Under the pieces are notes generated by a model, which made no database searches, was not told the origin of the DNA, and was given only the letters and a program-made list of their open reading frames with translations. The translations under genes and the position numbers were made by a program. Shown one piece after another: positions 18,049 to 27,060 of a stretch of DNA of 64,000 nt. Source of the DNA: Escherichia phage vB-Eco-KMB40; the sequence record OR539220.1; one strand, 5' to 3'. The first letter of the stretch is position 1. Each line of letters opens with the position of its first letter.

Positions 18049-19017
18049 TTATTTCAGAAGAGTAACCTCAGCAATTTCTTCCCAACCGTTTTTGTCGGTC
18101 ATAATAAAGTCAGCAAGATAAAGTGCAGTACGCAGTGAAACATTGCGTAAACGATTAACATTGACTTTCATCCATGATAATGCTTTATAAGTTTCTTCAT
18201 CAGAAAGACCGCGTTTTTGCATCATGTCAGTTGAAAGAATAACATCTTCAACCCTGACCATAATTTCTTCATTAGTGTGAACACCCAAATCCAAATAAAC
18301 TGAGCGGGAAACTAATGCTTGTAAATGTGGAGCAAGTTTAGTACCACGGTCTAATTCGCGGTCAATGTCAACGTTTGTGATAAAAACAATCGTTCCTTTA
18401 AATTCAAACTCACGCTCAATGCCTTTTTCTTCTAAGTAAGAAGATGCGGTGCTCCAGCAGACTTTACGGGTCTCTCCGGTGTCCAGAGCAGCTTTCAGAA
18501 GATTAAGAATGTCCATATCAGAGAAAACATCCACATCATCAATCAAAAGGACAGAATTCTCTTCACGATTATTCCAAAGCTGTTCATAAAGACCGATACC
18601 AGAGATTTTACCATTAATGCTTTTATATTCGATGTATCCAATATCATTTGCTTTATTTAAAGCTTTATCTAAAGAATACGTTTTACCAATACCTGCTGCT
18701 CCAGAGATAATTAATGAACGAATGTTTCCGTTAATAATACCATTCGTCATCATTCCCATAACATTAAATCTTTTATTAATGCGGGTTTTCATATCTTCAT
18801 ACGATTCTTTAACTTCTTCAACTTTTACACCATCATATGAAATGTCTGATTTGTAAACCCAAACACCGCGACGCTTACCGTCAATTTCAACAAAAACTTT
18901 ACCATCTCCTTGTGCATCTACCGGAGCATTATCTGGGAACCATTCACCTAAGAGCTCAAAAGTTCCAGAGATTTCTTTACCGAAGTAGATACCCTTATTG
19001 ATAGTTACAGTTTTCAT
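18049..19017 (-). CDS. P-loop NTPase (AAA-like) of unknown function (322 aa from ATG at 19017)
   Basis: Walker A SGAAGIGKT and Walker B VLLIDDVD; own early promoter. Confidence 0.6.
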   Translation of the reverse strand: MKTVTINKGIYFGKEISGTFELLGEWFPDNAPVDAQGDGKVFVEIDGKRRGVWVYKSDISYDGVKVEEVKESYEDMKTRINKRFNVMGMMTNGIINGNIRSLIISGAAGIGKTYSLDKALNKANDIGYIEYKSINGKISGIGLYEQLWNNREENSVLLIDDVDVFSDMDILNLLKAALDTGETRKVCWSTASSYLEEKGIEREFEFKGTIVFITNVDIDRELDRGTKLAPHLQALVSRSVYLDLGVHTNEEIMVRVEDVILSTDMMQKRGLSDEETYKALSWMKVNVNRLRNVSLRTALYLADFIMTDKNGWEEIAEVTLLK

Positions 19018-19051
19018 TTTATTCTCCAAATCCGTATCAGTTGATAGTTGT

Positions 19052-19081
19052 ATAGTACCATAAAGCTTTATGCTTGTAAAC
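19052..19081 (-). promoter_or_regulatory. T4-type early promoter (-35 GTTTACA, -10 TACTAT)
   Basis: Conserved early-promoter repeat upstream of ATPase gene. Confidence 0.6.
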
Positions 19082-19101
19082 CGTTTTGTGAAAAATTTTT
19101 G

Positions 19102-19128
19102 AAATAAAAAGGGAGCCCGAAGGCTCCC
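19102..19128 (-). terminator. intrinsic terminator (GGGAGCC-TTCG-GGCTCCC plus TTTTTATTT on minus strand)
   Basis: Perfect 7-bp GC stem with tetraloop directly after nucleotidyltransferase stop. Confidence 0.6.
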
Positions 19129-19130
19129 TA

Positions 19131-20144
19131 TCATTTATAATAACTTCGGTGGTTTTCAAGATAGACCTTCTCAAGGAAGTCATCCCAGAAACTCATGTCT
19201 ACTTTTTGCTGCATACCGTTCTTAGAAGCTTCAGTAGATGCTGCTTCTACTTGATCGACCACATCTTCCAAAAACTCTTGAACTGTTTTAAATGGATGTT
19301 TACCCAACTTCACGTCGAGAATAAATGGAGCATCTTGGAGTGGATAAACCAAGTCACCAGTTTTGTAAATTTCCAATAGTTGGAGTCCACCACGACAAGC
19401 ATGACTCAGAGCTTTCCAGTCAATGCCTTCATTAGCTTCGGCTTTACGAGCACGTTCACCATATTCAGCATCTAATTTATTCAGTGACTGCTTAAGCTCA
19501 ATAAGAGAAAGTGTTGTCTGATATTTACGACCCAACACAGTGTAGAACGTTTGCGGGCCTGTTTTCTCGTGATTATGGAACACCCATTCACAGAATTCGT
19601 TTTCTGGAAGACGATGCTTAATATCTTCAACTTTAGTGCGACGCTGCTTAATAGAACCATCTTCTTGGTAATCAACCCATTGCTCGGGGATTTGATTAAC
19701 TACTTTCAATACATCACGTAATGCAGCCAAACGAGAACCCTTGACACCGTATTTAGAAGCTTGCTTGCGAACATATCCTAAATAGGATTTCATGTTAGTT
19801 GTATAAAAACGAGAACGGTTGTCTTGAATAAACTTCCACACATCAGGCAAATCAGATTTAACCACTAGTTCAGGTGGAGTGTGAAGCATATCCAATGCTA
19901 CAGTTTCACCATCTGCTGCTAATTTAAAGAAATATTTAAGACTGTATAGTTCATGGTCAATATCATCTTTAGTGTTTTTAGATGATGTGTTGTTAGTGTT
20001 TTTACTCATGTGCTCTTTGACATTTCCGATAAGAATATCACGAGCAGGAGGAACAAAAATTTCTTTAAAATCTACATCAGATTCTGGGGTAGAAGTTCCA
20101 TAAAGATGACTACCAAAATAGCTTTTCATTACTGTTTTCATCAT
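19131..20144 (-). CDS. nucleotidyltransferase-fold protein (Pol-beta superfamily), 337 aa
   Basis: N-terminal motif GSHLYGTSTPESDVDF (G-S...D-x-D) and downstream acidic ALDMLH; helical C-terminal region. Confidence 0.55.
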   Translation of the reverse strand: MMKTVMKSYFGSHLYGTSTPESDVDFKEIFVPPARDILIGNVKEHMSKNTNNTSSKNTKDDIDHELYSLKYFFKLAADGETVALDMLHTPPELVVKSDLPDVWKFIQDNRSRFYTTNMKSYLGYVRKQASKYGVKGSRLAALRDVLKVVNQIPEQWVDYQEDGSIKQRRTKVEDIKHRLPENEFCEWVFHNHEKTGPQTFYTVLGRKYQTTLSLIELKQSLNKLDAEYGERARKAEANEGIDWKALSHACRGGLQLLEIYKTGDLVYPLQDAPFILDVKLGKHPFKTVQEFLEDVVDQVEAASTEASKNGMQQKVDMSFWDDFLEKVYLENHRSYYK

Positions 20145-20614
20145 TCAGCCTTATATTCAATAACAGGACATACTTTAGCTTTACGAGCTTTTAAAAATTC
20201 AACGATAATCGATTTCTTGGGTTGAATAGGAGGTAAACCTTTATACGCCCTATCAATATTTTCTATGTGTAAAGCATAATCCTTTTTCCATTTATAATCT
20301 TTATATTTTTCATGCAAATGCGCAGGAATAACAAATGAACCGATAATAAGTAAAACAACCAAAAGCGCAAGTATAAATGCTGATGGAAGAAGAGTCCATA
20401 AACTACCGAAAATAAGCCAACGTTGTAGGCTTTCTGCACAAATAATTGTTAGACCTGCGAGTATAGTACATCCGAAAAAAGAAACGAAAAATGTAGGGAT
20501 AACAATAGACCAAAAGTATGCACACAGTGTCTTAGGTCGTTTCCATTCGTCGTTAAACAGTTTGAATAATTTATAGTGCCAAGAGTTTTCATTAATAATC
20601 ATAATTATAATCAT
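20141..20614 (-). CDS. integral membrane protein (157 aa, multiple TM helices)
   Basis: Hydrophobic segments throughout; ATGA overlap with both neighbours. Confidence 0.5.
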   Translation of the reverse strand: MIIIMIINENSWHYKLFKLFNDEWKRPKTLCAYFWSIVIPTFFVSFFGCTILAGLTIICAESLQRWLIFGSLWTLLPSAFILALLVVLLIIGSFVIPAHLHEKYKDYKWKKDYALHIENIDRAYKGLPPIQPKKSIIVEFLKARKAKVCPVIEYKAE

Positions 20615-21132
20615 CCTTTCATTGAAGGTGTAACAGTTGTTAAATACTTAATCATAGCCTCAGCTTCTGATTTTGATAATGAAATTTCTCCATTGTTTTG
20701 ACGAATAGAAATAAAATCCGGATGACGGTCACCACCAGCTTTTAAAACACACATATAAGTATCAGTTTCATCTTCAATATTTGAAATGATTGAAGCAGTT
20801 CCACATGAATGCGGTTTTTGATAAATCAATACAGCTTTTCTTCCGCCATTTGACTGTTCATAAACTTTTAATACATCAAACAAATCACTTCTTTTATCAA
20901 TAGCTAAAATGTTATTTTCATCTTCAACGTTAAATCCTTCGGATACTTCATAAAGTGTTACCCATAAATCGCCAATATCAATAACAGCGTTCACTTTTCC
21001 ATGACTTTCAAGAGCATGACAAATTTTCTTGATTTCGTCATAACTCATTTTAATAATATCATCTCCTTGAATAAGAAAGATGTCATTTTTAAATTCAACA
21101 CGAATTAAACCACTTCCACTTGAAATAAACAT
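20611..21132 (-). CDS. hypothetical protein (173 aa)
   Basis: ORF track. Confidence 0.45.
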   Translation of the reverse strand: MFISSGSGLIRVEFKNDIFLIQGDDIIKMSYDEIKKICHALESHGKVNAVIDIGDLWVTLYEVSEGFNVEDENNILAIDKRSDLFDVLKVYEQSNGGRKAVLIYQKPHSCGTASIISNIEDETDTYMCVLKAGGDRHPDFISIRQNNGEISLSKSEAEAMIKYLTTVTPSMKG

Positions 21133-21138
21133 ATTTCC

Positions 21139-21748
21139 TCACTTTGAAATCATAGTTGGAATGACAGAATCAAGATAATTCTTTAGCGCAATAGCTTCGT
21201 CTTTGGTAAATGTGACAATATGTGCTCGAGAATCATCATTTTGGCGAACAAGTACGACATCGCCATCTTCATAAGAAGTCTTGACATCCAAAGTCGTAGT
21301 ATAGTTTGCAGCTACTGGATTAATAATGCTAGCACCGCGATCTTTAGCCCATTGAAGTTTAACCTTTTCGGGTGTTTCGACTGTTTCAGATTCCAAGAAT
21401 TCTTTCACCTTGGCAACGAATGTTGCCCAATTGTTGATAGAAAGACACATAAATTCAGTTTCAATAGGCAACGAATGTTGCCCAATTGTTGATAGAAAGA
21501 CACATAAATTCAGTTTCAATATTACCGCCGTAAAGGCCACGATAAAAACGAACTTGGAGGTCGCCTGTAATATTAGTTACACCGGTAACTCCTGAGGGAG
21601 CATAAGATAAAATCGCAGCCAGTTCCATAGGAAGAATAGTAATACTATCGTCTTCCTGCGTCAGAACGTATACATTATCACGTTTTTCGATAACCAGGTC
21701 ACCGAACAAATCAGTTGTTTCAATTACAGCTTTCATATTATTTACCAA
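21139..21748 (-). pseudogene. gene interrupted by a 55-bp tandem duplication (ORF fragments 21461..21748 and 21139..21540)
   Basis: Both fragments share peptide IETEFMCLSINNWATFVA encoded by the two repeat copies; removing one copy restores a single ~184-codon frame. Confidence 0.55.
21412..21521. repeat. perfect tandem direct repeat, 2 x 55 bp
   Basis: ggcaacgaatgttgcccaattgttgatagaaagacacataaattcagtttcaata occurs twice back to back (21412..21466, 21467..21521). Confidence 0.9.
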
Positions 21749-21923
21749 TTAAAGTTTCAATATAAGAATCAAGATTTACTTTAGCTTCTTCCATAAGAAT
21801 TTTGTATTTAATCTTGTTAGCATGTCCGGAGAAAGCTGATTCATCAATAATTGTTGATGTATGAACAGCTCTACTATACGTCTCAATTAATTCTCTTAAT
21901 TTAAAAGCCTGCTCACTTGTCAT
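21738..21923 (-). CDS. hypothetical small protein (61 aa)
   Basis: ORF track. Confidence 0.4.
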   Translation of the reverse strand: MTSEQAFKLRELIETYSRAVHTSTIIDESAFSGHANKIKYKILMEEAKVNLDSYIETLIGK

Positions 21924-22055
21924 TACATACTCCTTTGAACCATATCAATAATGTTATTCACCAGATTATAAGTAAACATTGGGTAATTATATTGAATCAT
22001 CACATACACAACAAACAAAACTTTCATTCTCTTCTCCTTGGCAGTTGACAAGATT

Positions 22056-22085
22056 ACTATACCATAACCTTGCCAACTTGTAAAC
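22056..22085 (-). promoter_or_regulatory. T4-type early promoter (-35 GTTTACA, -10 TATAGT)
   Basis: Minus strand GGTTTACA-N17-TATAGT. Confidence 0.5.
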
Positions 22086-22250
22086 CATTAAATGGCGTTT
22101 TCAATAAAATTCTGAAGCTTTGTGTGAGCATCAACCATGATTTTCATTTCTTCTTTGGCGAAAGCTGTACCTCTTTCCCGAGAAGAACATTCATAGTCAG
22201 AAACTGCATTAGCATATTCTTCAATTAGTTTCATTAAAAACATCTGCTTT

Positions 22251-22445
22251 TCAGTTTTCATTATTCCACCTAATCATTTCAAGATATTGAACTAACTTAG
22301 CTTTAGATTTATCCAAATCCTTTTTAGCTGTTTCTATACCGTCGTATGAATATCCTTCACAATGCTCAACTGCTAATTGATATGAATCTATTTCAATATC
22401 ACGTGCTAATTTAATGATTTTTTCAAACTGTTCATGTGTTAGCAT
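22251..22445 (-). CDS. hypothetical small protein (64 aa)
   Basis: ORF track. Confidence 0.4.
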   Translation of the reverse strand: MLTHEQFEKIIKLARDIEIDSYQLAVEHCEGYSYDGIETAKKDLDKSKAKLVQYLEMIRWNNEN

Positions 22446-22447
22446 AC

Positions 22448-22687
22448 TTAAACTCTCGTATTATGATCGATAATTTCATCAAGAAACATATCTAACGCTT
22501 CTAAAGCATTATCAACTTTAGTTTCAAAGTCTTTAATGCCTTTATTCGAAATACCCGATGAATACCAAGCAAAGTCAATCAGCTCTTCATCTGCTTTACG
22601 AATTGAAGCCACTAATTCCTTGATTTTATCTGCTTGCTCTATACTAATCATTATTCCACCACATATGACAGAGAGAATATTGCACAC
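22448..22687 (-). CDS. hypothetical small protein (79 aa)
   Basis: ORF track. Confidence 0.4.
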
Positions 22688-22839
22688 GCCATGTGAGTTG
22701 CAACTTCATCACACATATTATAACGTTTCTTAAGAAGTTCTACAAGTTCTTCACTAGTAACTTCATCCATGTCGACGAAAAAATCACCATTAATGATGAC
22801 GTAGATATTTCCTTCTTGATTAAGTGCTTCAATTTTCAT
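22651..22839 (-). CDS. hypothetical small acidic protein (62 aa from ATG at 22839)
   Basis: Track ORF starts at TTG inside the promoter; GAGGAG SD precedes ATG. Confidence 0.4.
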
Positions 22840-22867
22840 GATGTTCTCCTCTTTATCCGATAGTTGT

Positions 22868-22897
22868 ATAGTATCACAGCTCAAACGGAAAGTAAAC
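22868..22897 (-). promoter_or_regulatory. T4-type early promoter (-35 GTTTACT, -10 TACTAT)
   Basis: Conserved early-promoter repeat. Confidence 0.55.
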
Positions 22898-22905
22898 CGG
22901 TAAAA

Positions 22906-22929
22906 TGAAAAAAGTCTCCCGAAGGAGAC
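22906..22929 (-). terminator. intrinsic terminator (GTCTCC-TTCG-GGAGAC plus TTTTTT on minus strand)
   Basis: Perfect hairpin plus T-run directly 3' of ORF 22935..23321. Confidence 0.6.
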
Positions 22930-22934
22930 TAATG

Positions 22935-23321
22935 TTATTCGAGGGAAAGAAGATACTTACTCTGGTAAAACATTCCAGTAATATCATCTATCGTGCTTTG
23001 AATGGCTGGAGGCATTTCTTTATAAATGCTGTTAGATTGGTCTAGTATGCGATCAATCATTTTAATTGTGTCGGTAGGAAGTTTACTGGCATCTGGAATT
23101 GAAGGCGTGTATTTTCTACCAGAATACCCCAAATATTGCTCACCAAATTTATCAATCAAATCTGGCAATTCGGAGAAAATAAAATCGTATGCTTTGTGTC
23201 TAGCATAACTTTTAGTTTCAAAATGCGCAGAATGAAAATAAGCTTGTGCAGCCATTAATAAACCTAAGTATTCATCTGCCTTTGAAGGTTTTCCACTTTG
23301 TGAAAAGTCGCTGAATTTCAT
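22935..23321 (-). CDS. hypothetical protein (128 aa)
   Basis: ORF track; immediately downstream of rI. Confidence 0.45.
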
Positions 23322-23611
23322 TCAGTCTCCAATTTAATGTTCATAATTCTAGCGTATGATTGTGCCATCTCCGCGCCTCGTTCTATACATTCAAAATCAG
23401 AAGAGCACGGGTCATTTTTATAGGTCGTTCTCATAAAACTATAGAACTGTTCAGATGATTCTACGCTTTTATTTTCAAAAAGCATATAAACATGTCTAAT
23501 ACCAGATTCCATAAATTTATCAAAATGAGGATCGACATTCGCTTCAATTGGTGGAGATAAAGCAAATGACAATCCTAGCATGGCAAATAGTGCCGTTGCT
23601 TTTAAGGCCAT
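23318..23611 (-). CDS. rI: lysis-inhibition regulator RI (antiholin)
   Basis: 97 aa; N-terminal signal-anchor MALKATALFAMLGLSFALS then periplasmic domain; length and position next to tk as in T4. Confidence 0.75.
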   Translation of the reverse strand: MALKATALFAMLGLSFALSPPIEANVDPHFDKFMESGIRHVYMLFENKSVESSEQFYSFMRTTYKNDPCSSDFECIERGAEMAQSYARIMNIKLETE

Positions 23612-23623
23612 AAAGGCCTCCTA

Positions 23624-23836
23624 TCATTTTTGTCCTGTATTTACTTTATGCCGATGCACGGCCTTAACTTTATCAAGGTATTTTTCAAAATTTCGCAATC
23701 TAGTATAGTCTGCCGGAGATTGGTTGAGTGATACTTCTCGACGCAAAGCTGAAATAACATTTCCAACTTCCCTACGAATTTCATCTAATTGAAGAACAGT
23801 AAGATTGCGAAGTTGCTTTTCAGTTAATTGTAGCAT
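23624..23836 (-). CDS. hypothetical small protein (70 aa)
   Basis: ORF track; between tk and rI. Confidence 0.45.
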   Translation of the reverse strand: MLQLTEKQLRNLTVLQLDEIRREVGNVISALRREVSLNQSPADYTRLRNFEKYLDKVKAVHRHKVNTGQK

Positions 23837-23878
23837 ATATACCCCTTTAGTTAGATAAACCTATTTATAACTTTTGCA

Positions 23879-24460
23879 CTAACCGAGCTTTTTAGTTAAT
23901 TCATTCCAGTGTTTTCTACACAAAGAAACATAAATTTCATCACCAATACAGATTTGATTACCTTCTTTAACTGGTGTTCCATCTTCCATTAATCGAGCTG
24001 TCATAATCGCTTTTTTACCACAATGACAAACTGCCTTTAGTTCAATAAGTTTATCTGCAATCGCCAAAAGTTCTTTAGAACCTTCAAACAATTTTCCAGC
24101 GAAATCAGTCCTTAATCCATAAGCCATAACAGGAACATTATATGTATCAACAATTCGACTTAATTGATGCACCTGTTCAGTTTTTAAAAACTGAGCTTCA
24201 TCTACAAATACGCAATGAATATCTTTTTGTGCTTCAGCCCATTTATAGAACTCGAAAATATCCATATCATCTGTAATAATATTCGCTTCCTGTTTAATTC
24301 CAATGCGAGAAACAACTTCACAGACAGAATCGCGAGTATCAATAGCAGGCTTAAGAACTAATACACTCATTCCACGTTCTTTATAATTATGTGCAGCAGT
24401 CAAAAGAGAAGCAGATTTTCCAGCATTCATTGCTGCATAAGTAAAAATTAAACTCGCCAT
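23879..24460 (-). CDS. tk: thymidine kinase
   Basis: 193 aa; P-loop AAMNAGKS; C-terminal Cys pairs (CHCG...CRKHW) typical of type II thymidine kinase. Confidence 0.9.
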   Translation of the reverse strand: MASLIFTYAAMNAGKSASLLTAAHNYKERGMSVLVLKPAIDTRDSVCEVVSRIGIKQEANIITDDMDIFEFYKWAEAQKDIHCVFVDEAQFLKTEQVHQLSRIVDTYNVPVMAYGLRTDFAGKLFEGSKELLAIADKLIELKAVCHCGKKAIMTARLMEDGTPVKEGNQICIGDEIYVSLCRKHWNELTKKLG

Positions 24461-24469
24461 ATCACCTTC

Positions 24470-24655
24470 TTAAAGCGTATTCACATAAGCTATTAATTCA
24501 TTTTCTTTCTTATCAAACCGATCAGCAAATTCTTCCTGCTGTTCGGGAGATAGCGGGCCGTATTCATCATAAAAGGTGTTTGCTTCTGTATGCTCATCTA
24601 GAAGTTCATGGATAAGCCCAAACAATTTATCTTTTTGTTCTTTACTCAGACTCAT
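24470..24655 (-). CDS. hypothetical small acidic protein (61 aa)
   Basis: ORF track. Confidence 0.4.
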   Translation of the reverse strand: MSLSKEQKDKLFGLIHELLDEHTEANTFYDEYGPLSPEQQEEFADRFDKKENELIAYVNTL

Positions 24656-24825
24656 ATATTAATTTCCAGGAGTTTTAAAATAATTCGCTTTTGCTTAAAT
24701 ATTTCCATAGTTAAATGACCAGTATCTTTTTGACCGATTCCAATGGCAAAACCTTTATTAACAGCGAGTTCAATTAAATTATCAAGCTCACGTAACACTT
24801 CGTATTGTAACTCAAAACTATTCAT
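24652..24825 (-). CDS. hypothetical small protein (57 aa), below ORF-track cutoff
   Basis: Own translation; ATGA overlaps at both ends link it into the gene chain. Confidence 0.35.
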   Translation of the reverse strand: MNSFELQYEVLRELDNLIELAVNKGFAIGIGQKDTGHLTMEIFKQKRIILKLLEINI

Positions 24826-25034
24826 TTTGGTTTACCTTCTTTAACGAAATCTGGATAAGGATAAAATCCCGAATAAAATCCTTCACCTTTATGATTGATG
24901 CATCCTTTATTAGAACAATAGCACCAATAATCAAAATCACAAGCCATTTCATCGTTGCATAAAGCAAAAACAACCGGCCATTTACACTTTTCACAATGAG
25001 CATTTTTAAGAATACTAGTTTGGCTCATAACCAT
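24822..25034 (-). CDS. Cys-rich small protein (70 aa), probable metal binding
   Basis: Multiple C-x2-C and C-x-C motifs; preferred over overlapping 24818..25003 frame. Confidence 0.4.
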   Translation of the reverse strand: MVMSQTSILKNAHCEKCKWPVVFALCNDEMACDFDYWCYCSNKGCINHKGEGFYSGFYPYPDFVKEGKPK

Positions 25035-25237
25035 GTAACCTTTAAGCAGTATTCTTCTACATGTTGTTTACGACCTTTCTTATCAATAAAGGTATATTCA
25101 ACGAATGTTCCAATGTAGTCTTTATCTACATCATGTGGACTATTAATTGGACATTTAGTACGGCAAATGCGTTCCCATTGACGAATAATTTCCACTTTGT
25201 TTTTAGGATCAAACGGATGTGGGTAATGTACTTTCAT
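25025..25237 (-). CDS. hypothetical small protein (70 aa)
   Basis: ORF track. Confidence 0.4.
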   Translation of the reverse strand: MKVHYPHPFDPKNKVEIIRQWERICRTKCPINSPHDVDKDYIGTFVEYTFIDKKGRKQHVEEYCLKVTWL

Positions 25238-25688
25238 AATCCACCACTATTAAATCAATATCAGGAGTAAACATGTCGATTAATTTAGAAACCTTATCCC
25301 AATCGCCGCCAGCAATACCACAACCTATGCGTGGAATGTAAATTACTGGTTTAAACAAAAGGGTTTCTGCCTGTAGATTTAATTCTATCATGCAGTTTAC
25401 TAAAGCACCATAATCAAGATTAGGACCTGGTTCGTATTGCGTATACAGGTTATAGCATACACCAAAACCATTAGGTTTATGTTTAAAAACAATAGACATA
25501 TCGCCTAATTTATCACGAGAACCGTACTCAGTAGTGGTTTTATCTATTTCTAAAATTTTGGGATAGGCTCTTGCTAATTGACCAGCTACACCTGAACCCA
25601 TAGTATGAAAACAATTGCACCCGTGCGCAATAATATTACCTTGAAGAAATAGGGCGACAATATCGCCCTTGATATATTTTACAATCAT
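25209..25688 (-). CDS. macro-domain protein (putative ADP-ribose binding/hydrolase), 159 aa
   Basis: Motifs GDIVAL...NIIAHGCNC...GSGVAGQL and PRIGCGIAGGDWDKV fit macro-domain Gly-rich loops. Confidence 0.5.
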   Translation of the reverse strand: MIVKYIKGDIVALFLQGNIIAHGCNCFHTMGSGVAGQLARAYPKILEIDKTTTEYGSRDKLGDMSIVFKHKPNGFGVCYNLYTQYEPGPNLDYGALVNCMIELNLQAETLLFKPVIYIPRIGCGIAGGDWDKVSKLIDMFTPDIDLIVVDYESTLPTSV

Positions 25689-26026
25689 CTAGTACTCAAT
25701 CCTCGATTATAAGAATCTACCAAACGGTCAACCATTGAATGACAAGCGGCTTTATCTTTCTCCTCCGCAACTGAACATTCTAAGGTATTCCACTTTTTAG
25801 CATATCGTTTTAACAATGTATCATTTTTGTATCTGCTTGATTTATCTCTTTCTCCGTCTTTATATGCATATATTAATTTCTGTGCAAATTCAGCTTGGCA
25901 TGCTTTATTTTTCCCGCAATAATCCGCTGCAGTACGGTTTACATACTCTCTAATTTCAGTATATGATGTATCTGCTAACGCAGAAAATGAAATTAATCCT
26001 ATACATAAAACCAAAATTTTAGTCAT
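25685..26026 (-). CDS. secreted/periplasmic protein (113 aa) with signal peptide
   Basis: N-terminal MTKILVLCIGLISFSALA; four Cys. Confidence 0.45.
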   Translation of the reverse strand: MTKILVLCIGLISFSALADTSYTEIREYVNRTAADYCGKNKACQAEFAQKLIYAYKDGERDKSSRYKNDTLLKRYAKKWNTLECSVAEEKDKAACHSMVDRLVDSYNRGLSTR

Positions 26027-26564
26027 TTACTATTTCCAAAAGTTTATTATTTTTAAGGTAATTAGCCTTTTCTAGGACTTCAGAAGCATATTTAGAACCT
26101 GCTTTAACATTCCATCCCGAATTATAAGAGGATATTGCTTTTCTTATATCGCCCTTATGTATATTTAACCAATAAGAAAGTTCAATGTACGCCCAGGAAG
26201 CTGAATTGGACCGTTTATTCAACATTCTTTTTATTTCAGCATCGGTCATATTATAACCAAGTTCCTTAACTCTCGCTCGCATAGTAGGCAAATAATTTTG
26301 GAACATTCCATAAGCGTGATGCTTTGGTTTAGATTTTAAATTAACTCCGCCAGAGCTTTCTTGCCATAAAATGGCTGCCATTATATGACCTAATCCGCTC
26401 TTGTGGATATTTTTATGTGTTTTATATTTTCCATCCTTAGAAAATTGTTCCCCGAATTGATACGCGTAACGCATGTTATCGAGTTGGACATTACTGAAAG
26501 TATGCTCGGAGCTATGTGCCATCATTGAAATGGCCAATAGACCAGCGAGTAGTGCTTTTCTCAT
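26019..26564 (-). CDS. secreted lytic-transglycosylase-like protein (181 aa)
   Basis: Signal peptide MRKALLAGLLAISMMAHS; SLT-like motifs ILWQESSGG and AYGMFQ. Confidence 0.45.
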   Translation of the reverse strand: MRKALLAGLLAISMMAHSSEHTFSNVQLDNMRYAYQFGEQFSKDGKYKTHKNIHKSGLGHIMAAILWQESSGGVNLKSKPKHHAYGMFQNYLPTMRARVKELGYNMTDAEIKRMLNKRSNSASWAYIELSYWLNIHKGDIRKAISSYNSGWNVKAGSKYASEVLEKANYLKNNKLLEIVND

Positions 26565-26571
26565 GCTTACC

Positions 26572-27033
26572 TCATTGAGTTTTAATTACTGCTTTAGAAG
26601 CCTTTCCTGGTAAACGACGACTGTTGATAATTGCCATCCTACATTGAAGTGACGGGTCTTTGAACTTCTCATTAGGTTTACAAACTGTAAATCCAAGCCA
26701 AAGATTTCCATCTGTAATTTCTAAACGTCCAGGACGATATTCAACTCCATCAATAAAATCCTCATCAATGTCAGGACGCGGAGGCATACTCAGGAATTCA
26801 TTAACTTCTAAAACATGGTCTTTTATTTTATGGAATAATTCAAAAACATATGTCTCATCAATCTCCCGTTGAATTGCACGATCAAGAAGATGTTGAGAAT
26901 ATTTTAGATGAAACGATGAGACCCCTGCTGCTTTTGATGCCTCACGAATCTCATTGTTAATTTGACGAAACTCCGACTCAAAGTGACGACGAAGCTTATT
27001 TCGACGGATAAAAACTTCTGTATTGATAGTCAT
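26572..27033 (-). CDS. regB: sequence-specific endoribonuclease RegB
   Basis: 153 aa, same length as T4 RegB; position between vs-type ORFs and tk; own early promoter. Confidence 0.7.
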   Translation of the reverse strand: MTINTEVFIRRNKLRRHFESEFRQINNEIREASKAAGVSSFHLKYSQHLLDRAIQREIDETYVFELFHKIKDHVLEVNEFLSMPPRPDIDEDFIDGVEYRPGRLEITDGNLWLGFTVCKPNEKFKDPSLQCRMAIINSRRLPGKASKAVIKTQ

Positions 27034-27060
27034 GTTATTCTCCTCTTAACTGATAGAAAA

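Noticed and set aside
17585-19134. N-terminal extensions of track ORFs 17057..17644 and 18049..19134 (MFTRLFLCGTIQLST..., ...KLYGTIQLSTD...)
   Set aside because: The shared peptide is the translation of the early-promoter repeat; true starts are the downstream ATGs preceded by SD sequences (17584 and 19017)
24818-25003. 61-aa ORF overlapping the Cys-rich ORF 24822..25034 in another frame
   Set aside because: The alternative frame has a plausible metal-binding Cys pattern and coupling to neighbours; the hydrophobic 61-aa frame is probably a shadow, though it cannot be excluded
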